Shown here piece after piece: positions 8,961 to 17,892 of a DNA stretch of 64,000 nucleotides (the stretch's first letter is position 1; each line of letters opens with the position of its first letter). The stretch is from a virus. Below the pieces are notes generated by a model. The model saw only the letters and a program-made list of their open reading frames with translations, ran no database searches and was not told the DNA's origin. The position numbers and the translations under genes were made by a program. The DNA lies in IMG/VR virus record IMGVR_UViG_3300008050_000019; one strand, given 5' to 3'.

Positions 8961-9135
8961 TCATCACGAGTTGACGCAAATCTATCACGGTTTCTATAAA
9001 CCCACGCCTCAGCCTTTCTAACTCTTCTAAGGCCTAGCCAATTAGAAGCATCGTGTAAGCCAAATGCCGATATCCCTGTAAGGGTAAGGATGGTAAGAAA
9101 AATAGTCATAAAATCTCCAGTGAGTTGTTAACTCG

Positions 9136-9384
9136 TTAATGGGCAGCTTTGTTTGGTGCTAATTTGCAACACTGACGTGCCCTGTAGTTAAGGATATGAA
9201 CCCCAAATTTAGAATAAACCCAATGCACGTATGAGGTGGGCTCACCTCTAGCAGCATAGGATGAGGGTGGCAAAGCGTTTCGTAAAAGAACAATAATAAC
9301 ATCACCTTCACTAAAGAAGGCTTGCTTATACATGAACCGTTTCTGGGGTGTGAGGACTGCCCCAACTTCGAATGTATTACTCAT
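9136..9384 (-). CDS. hypothetical protein
   Basis: ORF track; an alternative-frame ORF 9159..9365 makes the frame call uncertain. Confidence 0.3.
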   Translation of the reverse strand: MSNTFEVGAVLTPQKRFMYKQAFFSEGDVIIVLLRNALPPSSYAARGEPTSYVHWVYSKFGVHILNYRARQCCKLAPNKAAH

Positions 9385-9677
9385 GTCATGCCATCAAACA
9401 TAGAAGCAAATTTACTGTAATTTGCAATAACCCAATCACATGAATTAACCCAACCAGCAGGCGTTTCATAAACCTCATCAGCCCAGGGGTTTAAATACGT
9501 CAATAAAAAGATTGCTACGCCATGCTCAAAAGGTATTCCAGCATCTTTCCAGTCACGTTTGTATGAATAGCACTTATCAGCATGGCAACTTACTATACCT
9601 GGACATCGATTAAAGTCGCCGCCAGCTAGACTTAAAAAAGCAGGAAAATTTCTATCGAGCCATTTGTAGTGATTCAT
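9381..9677 (-). CDS. hypothetical protein
   Basis: ORF track; overlaps the 9136..9384 ORF by 4 nt. Confidence 0.4.
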   Translation of the reverse strand: MNHYKWLDRNFPAFLSLAGGDFNRCPGIVSCHADKCYSYKRDWKDAGIPFEHGVAIFLLTYLNPWADEVYETPAGWVNSCDWVIANYSKFASMFDGMT

Positions 9678-9998
9678 ATAAATATATTATAACATCAGAT
9701 GACAGGATACACTTTTATTTTAACGATGAAATTAGCCTGTAGTATGACATGTCAGCTATAACATTAATAATACTACTCTGGTGAATAAAATGTGTTGATG
9801 TTGTGTTCCAGTGAAATGTGCCTGCGGGCTTAATATCAGCAAACAAAAATATAAGAGGTGAATTGACAGGGATAAGATCGTCAGAAGCATGGATCTTATT
9901 TTGAAATAGACCTACCTGTGAGCTATATAAATCGACAGCACTGATTAATACAACAACATCACCAAATTTTAATGGAGCACTTTTACAGTTATGCAAGC

Positions 9999-10487
9999 TC
10001 ACTTCTCCCCCAGGGTGCGCCGGTATCTCTTAATGTCTGTTTCGCGAAGCTCATTGATAATACCACGTTCCTGTTCAGTAATACCCTCAGTAACATCTGG
10101 TACTGGCGCACTTTTCTTGACCTCAGGTTCTTCAATCTCTACGATATATAGCTTAAACTCTCTAACAAGCCTGCTTGACAATTTCGACTTAAGTATGCTT
10201 CCGAGCTTAAGTTCAAGACTGTAACCGACAAGTGCATCGTCATAGTCTGACATAGTTGTTTTATAATGTAAGTGCACAAGTGTGTCGTCATCAAGGTGGC
10301 ACATCTCATCCGCAACATGTTCTAAATGCTTATGCATTGTTAACGTAGACCAAGCGATATTGTTAAGTTCTGATGCTAAATGGTACTTAGTTTTGAACTT
10401 TTTCCGATCTCGAAAATATGAATTGTATATTACGACAGTCGTCACGCCAAGTGAATAAGCTGCGATAATCGCTGGTATAATAAACAT
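9999..10487 (-). CDS. hypothetical membrane-anchored protein
   Basis: N-terminal hydrophobic helix MFIIPAIIAAYSLGVTTVVIY. Confidence 0.45.
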   Translation of the reverse strand: MFIIPAIIAAYSLGVTTVVIYNSYFRDRKKFKTKYHLASELNNIAWSTLTMHKHLEHVADEMCHLDDDTLVHLHYKTTMSDYDDALVGYSLELKLGSILKSKLSSRLVREFKLYIVEIEEPEVKKSAPVPDVTEGITEQERGIINELRETDIKRYRRTLGEK

Positions 10488-10837
10488 TATTCTGATTCCG
10501 TGGTCTTAAGTTGGGCCATTTCAAGCTTGAGCAACCTAAGCTCTTCTTCTACACGGGTCAAGCGGTTAATCATGCGGTAATGTACCTGATGAGGCTTATC
10601 ATCTAACCAATCGCTGATTGCTGACTGCTTGTTCCCGTTACAAAAATGGTCCCAGTAACCGTCCAGTTCTTTAGAAGTAAGATCATCTCCGATGAACTCA
10701 TGCGTAACGTCAGGTAAGCGATCGCAGATCGCTTCCCAAAAAGCAGTCGTCTCGCCGCCGTGCACTCTTAGAAATTGAGACCACAAAGACGTATTTCTTC
10801 GTGAATCCTTCAGCCTAGGGTTTTCTTTAACTGACAT
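10487..10837 (-). CDS. hypothetical protein
   Basis: ORF track; 1-nt overlap with upstream gene. Confidence 0.4.
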   Translation of the reverse strand: MSVKENPRLKDSRRNTSLWSQFLRVHGGETTAFWEAICDRLPDVTHEFIGDDLTSKELDGYWDHFCNGNKQSAISDWLDDKPHQVHYRMINRLTRVEEELRLLKLEMAQLKTTESE

Positions 10838-10849
10838 ATCATTGTTCCT

Positions 10850-11332
10850 TTAGATTATAAGTTTTTCAATGCGCGTAAATTTTTTATTTAGAGCATGTAA
10901 TGCTGTTTCTAAATCTTCTATACACTCGCTATCGAATGCGCCGCAAATGAATAACTGATCAGACAATTTCTCCATCCAAGGTTCCAAAAGAACTAGTTCT
11001 GAATGGGCTCCACTATATGTGAATTTGCTGCCTGTGTGCAGTGTGGTTATGTGACCGTTGACTAAACTTACTCGCTCTGCATCTGTTACTTGCTCGCTGT
11101 TAAAATTCCACCCATACTCATATGAGTGAACCACAGGAGAAAATCCAGACAATATACTTTGACTATCCTCCAACTCAAAAGACTCAAAATTTGTAACGAT
11201 AACATTATCATAATCGCTCGCGATTAAATGTTGATAAACATCAATCAGAACATGGGGGTATGATTTACCCTGTGCTGCCATACACTCAGCCCACATAGCT
11301 TGCATGTGATGTATAATGATTGTTTTTGTCAT
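10850..11332 (-). CDS. hypothetical protein
   Basis: ORF track. Confidence 0.4.
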   Translation of the reverse strand: MTKTIIIHHMQAMWAECMAAQGKSYPHVLIDVYQHLIASDYDNVIVTNFESFELEDSQSILSGFSPVVHSYEYGWNFNSEQVTDAERVSLVNGHITTLHTGSKFTYSGAHSELVLLEPWMEKLSDQLFICGAFDSECIEDLETALHALNKKFTRIEKLII

Positions 11333-12057
11333 TTTAGCTTCTCTAAACCACTCAGGCTAAGGATTCGTTGATCAAATGGTACATGAATAATTTTGCCATT
11401 TACGAAGATCACTGCGATATACCTGTGATGAAGAATCTTATCAAAGAACCACACCTTTCCCTTTCGGGGAGATTTTGTACACCCTAAATAGATAAAGGGA
11501 GTGCCACTCTTAATAGAGAATTCCTCATTGTTATACCCGCGCCGAGATTTACTAGAATAGTTCTCGCCGCTGGGGGTTTTACCATAATATAACTGTTCAC
11601 GAAGCTGGCCAATGGTATTAACCTTGATTGCGTCATTGATCTTAGTCTTTGATCTAAAATCACCACCAGGTGGTGATTTTTTTTCACTACGGCCCAGCCT
11701 ATCGTAATCAGCCAATAGCGTAGCAGCATACTCAGTGCCTTTAGCGTTGATAGAAATTCTATCTTTTTCCCATGTTATAAGATCCGCATATGCTCCACGA
11801 TAAAACTTTTTGTGCGTCGCCCGAGCGCCATAAAAACAACCTTTGTAGTTATAAAATGGCATAGAAGAGCCTGGTGCGTAAATTCCTTGCTGCTTTTTCC
11901 ACCGGCGATACGCATCGGCTATGTCCTTAACCTTTAGAGAAGCTTCTGGACCCATGGTTGCAATGTAGATTAAAAACCATTGCTGCGCCGAAATACCTTT
12001 TACACCTCTCGCAGAATAGACTAAAGAGTATGGATCAAAGTTAGTTATATCAGCCAT
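11329..12057 (-). CDS. hypothetical protein
   Basis: 242-aa ORF, 4-nt overlap with downstream gene. Confidence 0.45.
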   Translation of the reverse strand: MADITNFDPYSLVYSARGVKGISAQQWFLIYIATMGPEASLKVKDIADAYRRWKKQQGIYAPGSSMPFYNYKGCFYGARATHKKFYRGAYADLITWEKDRISINAKGTEYAATLLADYDRLGRSEKKSPPGGDFRSKTKINDAIKVNTIGQLREQLYYGKTPSGENYSSKSRRGYNNEEFSIKSGTPFIYLGCTKSPRKGKVWFFDKILHHRYIAVIFVNGKIIHVPFDQRILSLSGLEKLK

Positions 12058-12100
12058 TAATTAATTTTACCACTTATAATCCGCGATTAGAACTCTTTTG

Positions 12101-12421
12101 TTACTTAGTGGCTACAACAATATTTCGCTTGCATCCTTTATCCCAAGCTCTCATTTTGCACTTGATACTCATATACGCTGGGCATCCAGTTTTTGCTGGA
12201 ATATTTGCATCGCATGTAAGATATCCGTCACCATCGGAATCATATGTTGTGCATGATACTCCCGTGACATCCTTTACACCTAATGTATGAAGATATGATC
12301 TTGCTTCCTTCTCAACTTCAGCTGCTGGCCAACGATTCCAAGTTATATACCCAAAAACCACTGCAGGCACTGGCGTTAAAACTAGAAGTACTAGTGCAGC
12401 TGCTATCACTTTATTTCTCAA
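12101..12421 (-). CDS. small secreted Cys-containing protein
   Basis: Signal peptide MRNKVIAAALVLLVLTPVPAVVFG. Confidence 0.45.
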   Translation of the reverse strand: MRNKVIAAALVLLVLTPVPAVVFGYITWNRWPAAEVEKEARSYLHTLGVKDVTGVSCTTYDSDGDGYLTCDANIPAKTGCPAYMSIKCKMRAWDKGCKRNIVVATK

Positions 12422-12432
12422 AATATTTTCTC

Positions 12433-12693
12433 CTAGGCGCTTGGCCTAATAAAGGCCTTAGGCCTGTTTTTTGTAACAAAAGATGCTTGCTTCCAGCCAT
12501 GGTCTAAACTCCAAACCTCAACAGACTCTTTGTCTGTCACATACATTAAAGAGTCTACATAATCATGTGGTCCGATCGCCCCTTGATCGAGGAACACTTC
12601 ATACATATCAAATGCTCTCTGTAATGCATCCGGCTCAGAGACTGCTTCTATTACATGCCTCTTGTTACCAAAGAATGTTACGTAAAAGCTCAT
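12433..12693 (-). CDS. hypothetical protein
   Basis: ORF track. Confidence 0.35.
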   Translation of the reverse strand: MSFYVTFFGNKRHVIEAVSEPDALQRAFDMYEVFLDQGAIGPHDYVDSLMYVTDKESVEVWSLDHGWKQASFVTKNRPKAFIRPSA

Positions 12694-12829
12694 GAAATCT
12701 TCTTTATGAATGAACTAATTATAAATGCTATATACACTGGATCAATTGCATAAGCAAATGTTAGTAATAACGCTATGTCATATTCCATTGAAATCATTTT
12801 AATAATTTTATCACATTTATAATCTTTTA

Positions 12830-14251
12830 TTACCAAAGATCTTCTGAAAATAAATTTGGCGGGTGAGCCAGACTAAAAATCTGCTTTCCTGCGAGAGCTA
12901 TAATACCTGCCTCTTTACGATCTACGTACGTGCCACCGACTGTAACGAATCCTTGTCTTGGGCCGTGTAGTCTAGTCGTGTCTATACCCTTAGCATGCAT
13001 ATAATGGAGAATATTATGATGCCTGTTAGGCTGCGGAAGTGACCATACTTTTCCCGTCTCGTCTTTCACAGCAGCTTGCTTAATCATTGCAGCGCCCAAT
13101 AAGAGACGGAGCGCGGGCAGCTTTATATCATATTCAATTACTTTACGACGAATGTCTGCACCCACCTTATCTCCTGTAAAATGTGCCATTAACAATGGAA
13201 ACAGCTTCGGTTGTGCATAACTCTTCAGCGTATTAGCTAACTCTCCGCGTGTCCATGTATTATCATATAACACAGAAAAATCTGCAAGTGCATTGTCAAT
13301 GAGTGCCTTGTTTTCTTTGCGCATCTTGCAAATTGCGCTAAATGTTGGCTCGATGAAGTCAACGACTTCCCAATCATGTCCTGCAGCATACATATATGCA
13401 CTTAGCTTCTCTAAAGTGTCGATTTTATGTATTATGCAAAGTTCTTTGATATATTTTGGTGTTGCCTTCGAACGAAGATGGTGAAGTCTCATATACCATG
13501 AGCTTTTGAACTTCATCAATGTTACAGTACCAGCGGGACCTATCGCCCAGCCTACGACACCCTCAGAGTCATCAAATTCTCTGACGTCAGATTTTATCTT
13601 TTGAAGATCACCAGATAGTGTCTCATTGATTACAGGCGTTTTAATACCTGCATCACGAAAAAGCTCATCGCATAACCGAACTTCAAGAGCATCTCCATCC
13701 CATTTTACGCGAGCAAGACCCACGAGATCATGTTCATTGTACTTTATAATAATTCTATTTGAAGGTCCGACATACTCAAAAAGCATTGAACCCTCAGAAG
13801 ACCATGATGGGTCAAGAAGTAAAGGATACTTGGCAAGCACTTTTTCAACGCCCTTAGAAACATTCTCAGCCAGCACTTCACAGCCCCGTGTTCTAAAGTT
13901 GACGAGGCCGTCGATTACTGAGCGGATTATTAATGATCCGTCAAGCTTCTCTGGCAATATAACATTACCTGCAGCATGATAAGTATCAAACTCTTTATCA
14001 AGAGTAGGCCTTTCAGTGTAGTTGAAAAACTTTGGAAACCCAGAGGAAAGTATCGTTCCATCAGGGCGAGTCATGACAGAACGAAGGTGATATTCGTCTG
14101 GACCCCATTCGTGCATCACCTTATGTGGAACAATTACAACAACATCACCGATACCAGGAATGTGGCGGTTGTTTGTATAAAATCTTGACGTATCAATATT
14201 TGGTATATTTATCTTCATCGTTGGACCGAGTATTATTATAACTCGGTCCAA
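12830..14251 (-). CDS. RNA ligase (Rnl1-like nucleotidyltransferase)
   Basis: Covalent nucleotidyltransferase motifs in correct order: motif I 'EKLDGSL' (KxDG, close to T4 Rnl1 KEDGSL), motif IV 'EGVVG', motif V 'LMKFKSS'. A clearer T7-type DNA ligase is present elsewhere in the window. Confidence 0.55.
   Translation of the reverse strand: MDRVIIILGPTMKINIPNIDTSRFYTNNRHIPGIGDVVVIVPHKVMHEWGPDEYHLRSVMTRPDGTILSSGFPKFFNYTERPTLDKEFDTYHAAGNVILPEKLDGSLIIRSVIDGLVNFRTRGCEVLAENVSKGVEKVLAKYPLLLDPSWSSEGSMLFEYVGPSNRIIIKYNEHDLVGLARVKWDGDALEVRLCDELFRDAGIKTPVINETLSGDLQKIKSDVREFDDSEGVVGWAIGPAGTVTLMKFKSSWYMRLHHLRSKATPKYIKELCIIHKIDTLEKLSAYMYAAGHDWEVVDFIEPTFSAICKMRKENKALIDNALADFSVLYDNTWTRGELANTLKSYAQPKLFPLLMAHFTGDKVGADIRRKVIEYDIKLPALRLLLGAAMIKQAAVKDETGKVWSLPQPNRHHNILHYMHAKGIDTTRLHGPRQGFVTVGGTYVDRKEAGIIALAGKQIFSLAHPPNLFSEDLW
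14223..14249. promoter_or_regulatory. hairpin overlapping first codons of the RNA ligase gene
   Basis: 9-bp inverted repeat ggaccgagt / actcggtcc with 9-nt loop attattata, immediately after the stop of 14270..15256. Confidence 0.35.
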
Positions 14252-14269
14252 CGACTAAAGACACATATA

Positions 14270-15256
14270 TTATTCTTCTGTTTCTGGCCCTGTTTCTTCT
14301 ACTTCTGCATTTTCATCTGCATCATGCCAAATGATGCCTGGACAATACCCATCTTTAGCTGCCTTAACATACGTAATGAAAAATCCGATGAACTCTTTAA
14401 GCGCGGATGGCTTTGAATGATGGTTGTCCCTATATCGGTCATATAAGGTTATGCAAAGAGCAATTATCGCAATTATCGCAATTATCGCAGCAATAACCGC
14501 TGTAGACCAGATGATAATTGAAAAAAATGAGGGCCAAGTCATCTTTAAGATAAACGTGTATATGTCAGATCCAAACCGCATAAGTACAAACCCTATGAAA
14601 ATTCCCACAGCTGTACACACAACATAGGCAAGCCCATAGACAATATATCTTGTGTACTTTATGATGGTCATAAAAATGTTCATTCTGGTTGCAGCTGCTT
14701 TTTTAGCTTTCTCTTGTCTTGCTTTTGCTTCTTTAAATGACGCATTTAACCTCTCTTTAAATGGTCCTTTCAAAGCCTCGAAGATCTCTTTATGATCTTC
14801 ATTTTCATCCAGCCATATGTTTAGAATCCGTTGAAGAGCATGGCGGTTTATGACATCTCCGTCTTCATCTAGTTCATGAAATATACTATGGTATGTGTTA
14901 CACCAGCGAAAATCGTACACATTTAACAACCAGTGTATACGATACGCTTGCTGGTTGGTCATTGTACTAAGTTCTTTGATAATGAAATTCTCCGTATTTC
15001 TAGCTGTCCTTAATGCAACGGCAGTTGTGAACCAATCGACGCAGTTCGCAACCTGATCAATCCACCAGAAAAATACATCGCGAATAATTCTTAACATTAA
15101 AACTGCTGGCGACGCTAACATGCAAAATACCGTTAGCCAAAAATATGGACAAAGGTTGCCAAAATTCGGTGGGCTTTTAAAAGTCCACTGCTGGAGTCTA
15201 TGGTGCCAAGCACCTCTTGTCAAATTTACTATCATATAGTGATTCCTTTTGAGCAA
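14270..15256 (-). CDS. multi-pass membrane protein with AII repeat
   Basis: Several hydrophobic segments; 'AIIAIIAIIA' encoded by a 9-bp tandem repeat at 14461-14490. Confidence 0.5.
   Translation of the reverse strand: MLKRNHYMIVNLTRGAWHHRLQQWTFKSPPNFGNLCPYFWLTVFCMLASPAVLMLRIIRDVFFWWIDQVANCVDWFTTAVALRTARNTENFIIKELSTMTNQQAYRIHWLLNVYDFRWCNTYHSIFHELDEDGDVINRHALQRILNIWLDENEDHKEIFEALKGPFKERLNASFKEAKARQEKAKKAAATRMNIFMTIIKYTRYIVYGLAYVVCTAVGIFIGFVLMRFGSDIYTFILKMTWPSFFSIIIWSTAVIAAIIAIIAIIALCITLYDRYRDNHHSKPSALKEFIGFFITYVKAAKDGYCPGIIWHDADENAEVEETGPETEE
14461..14490. repeat. 9-bp in-frame tandem repeat (caattatcg x3) encoding AII
   Basis: Direct reading of the sequence. Confidence 0.7.
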
Positions 15257-15729
15257 TCTGTATATTGTTTTATATCTTGTATTGTCACAGTGTCAACGTC
15301 AGGAAAAACACACGAGACAAGAATTTCTAATGCGTACGCTTGCACGATTGCAATGTGGTTTGCATAACACAACTCGTATCCGAACTCCCACCCTTGATCT
15401 GACATCGAGGGTGACATTTCGCCACAATGATTATTGTCACCATAATAAAATGCATTTAAAACGTTATGTAATGATTCTGACGTTACTACTGGAACCAGGG
15501 GGTTGCCGCAAGTAGAGCAAAATTTTGCAAATGAAGAATAGCTCTTCCCGCAATGCTCTGAGGTTAAATATCCCTCATTTACTTCTAAGTAAGATGAATA
15601 AAAATCCTTCATGAACATACGGAGCATATCGGTGACTGTGTCAAAGCCATCTTGGTGAGTGATACTAAGCTCAGTTATCGCACCAGTCTCCGCGTAGCCG
15701 GGTTTTAATAAAATTTGATGAACTCTCAT
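15232..15729 (-). CDS. zinc-ribbon-containing hypothetical protein
   Basis: 'CGKSYSSFAKFCSTCGNP' Cys pairs; conserved promoter-like motif 12 nt upstream of the ATG. Confidence 0.45.
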   Translation of the reverse strand: MRVHQILLKPGYAETGAITELSITHQDGFDTVTDMLRMFMKDFYSSYLEVNEGYLTSEHCGKSYSSFAKFCSTCGNPLVPVVTSESLHNVLNAFYYGDNNHCGEMSPSMSDQGWEFGYELCYANHIAIVQAYALEILVSCVFPDVDTVTIQDIKQYTDCSKGITI

Positions 15730-15738
15730 TGATTAATA

Positions 15739-15769
15739 AATTATATTACGAATTATTCATTTTAACACA
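15739..15769 (-). promoter_or_regulatory. conserved promoter-like motif (site D)
   Basis: Transcribed strand TGTGTTAAAATGAATAATTCGTAATATAAT, 12 nt before the ATG of 15232..15729. Confidence 0.45.
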
Positions 15770-16088
15770 ATCTATTAATCAATTTGTGTTTAAGCGGAAT
15801 CTTGTTATACCCTGCAATAACGCAAAATTTACCATCTACAAAAACAACAAAGTCATAACGTGACCATTTTTCGTTGTATGATCTTCCTGAGCCTATATAC
15901 ACCATGATACCTACATTAGGTCTGCAATCAGAAAAGAGCTTGTAAGTAGTGGGGATGTACACTTCATCTTCCCACCCAACTAGATCTCTTCTATAGAGAC
16001 GGTGGACAGAGTTACATTCATGTGCGTCAGATTTATTTTGCCACACATTCTCTTGCAGAATGAACAAATCACCAGGTTTTAAAGCCAT
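15762..16088 (-). CDS. small 'GDLV/GDLF-motif' family protein
   Basis: N-terminal 'KPGDLFIL' motif shared with 16135, 47597, 47791, 48083 and others. Confidence 0.4.
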   Translation of the reverse strand: MALKPGDLFILQENVWQNKSDAHECNSVHRLYRRDLVGWEDEVYIPTTYKLFSDCRPNVGIMVYIGSGRSYNEKWSRYDFVVFVDGKFCVIAGYNKIPLKHKLINRLC

Positions 16089-16134
16089 AACTCACCTACT
16101 ATCTCGTAGTTAAAGTCTTCGTCGGCAACACCGC

Positions 16135-16392
16135 TTAATATACAAAATCTGCCGTTAAAAAAACTGTTTCTTCTAAGATAAAGAAATTGGCAGGCGAGCC
16201 CAAATAAAGCATGCAACTTGGGTTCACCAATCTTACGTCCCATGGAAGCTTTGCATATTTTCTGAAGAGTGTATCATGTGAATCATGTGAATTGGGTGAC
16301 ATGTACAGGGACTCCCGTGGTATGAATAAATCGCCGAACTTCAAAGACACAGTCGCACCTTCAGCCCCCTCTTTCGAATTTGCATACAACAA
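16135..16392 (-). CDS. small 'GDLV/GDLF-motif' family protein
   Basis: 'KFGDLFIPRES' motif; overlaps 16341..16661 in another frame, so boundaries uncertain. Confidence 0.35.
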   Translation of the reverse strand: MLYANSKEGAEGATVSLKFGDLFIPRESLYMSPNSHDSHDTLFRKYAKLPWDVRLVNPSCMLYLGSPANFFILEETVFLTADFVY

Positions 16393-16661
16393 ATCCTACA
16401 AGGCTCTATTGGCGCGCACACTCCATCAAGCGTCCACCTTAAAATCTCGATGATATCGCCCTTTTTCGCTAATGGCAAAACACACGTCTCTGCATGCCTT
16501 GTCTCAGTCCGATACCCTTTGAACAAGGGATGCGTTTGTGACGTATTAACACCAATGCTTATGGGCGTCCGCTTTCTCCATAGAATTGCTGCGATATGAT
16601 ATATTTGACCATTCGCTAATGCTAACTGTTTAGCATTTTTATAGATTGATGGATATCTCAT
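16341..16661 (-). CDS. cytidine / dCMP deaminase-like zinc-binding protein
   Basis: 'HAE' ... 'PCRIC' (H-A/C-E ... P-C-x-x-C) zinc-coordinating signature of the CDA fold. Confidence 0.5.
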   Translation of the reverse strand: MRYPSIYKNAKQLALANGQIYHIAAILWRKRTPISIGVNTSQTHPLFKGYRTETRHAETCVLPLAKKGDIIEILRWTLDGVCAPIEPCRICCMQIRKRGLKVRLCL

Positions 16662-17584
16662 TACTTAAAGTCTTTTATGACGCCAGATTTAAGGCCTTGT
16701 GTGAATTTAGAAAAATAATCCTTAGGGTAATCTGCTACTGCATCAATAACATTTTCGTATGCAAATTCTCTCCACCACCCAGACGTTATGCTTGTACAGA
16801 CTTTTGATAGAGCAAGCATCCAAGCTTGTCTCTCAGACAAAACGCCCGGGTGCGGTACCAAGCTTCTTTCGATCGCTAATACTGCTGATTCTTCGATCAC
16901 GGATGCAAGCTTCAGGTCATTCGTTAAAGCATCAAACTTACTCTTATCAACAGCAACCTCTTGCCCATCTTTCTGGAAAAAAGTATATGCAGGGCGATTA
17001 TATAGCTTGACTGCGTCATGAATAGAATCATGGTCGTATTTATAATCAATCTGATCACGATTGAAGAATGCTTTTTTACTTTTATCTAGCGAGGGGAGAG
17101 GGTAGTTATACGTCTCTTTTTCTCGCAATTTTATAAAATCTACGTGTTCTGATTTAACAGTGGCTCCCATCGCCTTCATAAAATGATAGTGATGGACTGT
17201 TTTCCAAAAATGAGGATTATCTTTAAGATAACGATGAGATGACTTTAACGCAAACAGAAGGTCAATGCTTGGAACAAGCCCAAAGTCAGTTTGAAAAGAT
17301 GCTGTATCATTCTTAACAAGAGAATGAAGCATGCGCGAACTCTCTCTCTTAGAGACTAGCTCAAACTCAAGATTAACAGTGCCTTGAACTATCAGATTTC
17401 TCCCTAGGTGCAAATACACTTTTCTTGGTTTGATTGCACTTCTATTTTCTTCAATAAAATATCTTGCATCACTTTCTGTGCCGACAAAGTCAAAATCAGC
17501 ATCGTCTCGAATTTTAAATCTTTGTGATCTTAAAGCAAGGGCACGACTACCAACTAAAATTAGATTAGCAAACTTGTGAGGCAT
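16661..17584 (-). CDS. hypothetical protein
   Basis: 307-aa ORF, no motif recognised. Confidence 0.45.
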   Translation of the reverse strand: MPHKFANLILVGSRALALRSQRFKIRDDADFDFVGTESDARYFIEENRSAIKPRKVYLHLGRNLIVQGTVNLEFELVSKRESSRMLHSLVKNDTASFQTDFGLVPSIDLLFALKSSHRYLKDNPHFWKTVHHYHFMKAMGATVKSEHVDFIKLREKETYNYPLPSLDKSKKAFFNRDQIDYKYDHDSIHDAVKLYNRPAYTFFQKDGQEVAVDKSKFDALTNDLKLASVIEESAVLAIERSLVPHPGVLSERQAWMLALSKVCTSITSGWWREFAYENVIDAVADYPKDYFSKFTQGLKSGVIKDFK

Positions 17585-17849
17585 TCCAACCGCTACTTTC
17601 TTCTAAATCATAAACTTCAATGCCTGTTAGATTTGCAACAAATTTAAGGCTAATCCCTTCGAATATATCGAAGATTGGCGGAGAATGTACGAAACTACGC
17701 TGTGATACTCCTGACTCAAATGGAATCCCGTGTTCATTTGATATTGCAACTGCCTCCGCAAGAAGTAATTCTGCAGCGGCCACTCTATCGTTTATTTGCG
17801 TGCCCACGTCATCTAGCGTTTTTTTGAACAATGCTTGAAGGTTATCCAT
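17565..17849 (-). CDS. hypothetical protein
   Basis: Start codon lies inside the 39-bp palindrome at 17840-17878. Confidence 0.4.
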   Translation of the reverse strand: MDNLQALFKKTLDDVGTQINDRVAAAELLLAEAVAISNEHGIPFESGVSQRSFVHSPPIFDIFEGISLKFVANLTGIEVYDLEESSGWNASQVC

Positions 17850-17878
17850 ATGATTTATTATAAATCATATGGATAACC
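17840..17878. promoter_or_regulatory. perfect 39-bp palindrome (19-1-19) covering a start codon
   Basis: ggttatccatatgatttat-t-ataaatcatatggataacc; contains the ATG of 17565..17849 and sits just after the stop of 17893..18900. Confidence 0.6.
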
Positions 17879-17892
17879 ATTACAACTTATTA

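Noticed and set aside
11484-11729. 81-aa minus ORF inside 11329..12057 in another frame
   Set aside because: Nested within a longer ORF; no independent support.
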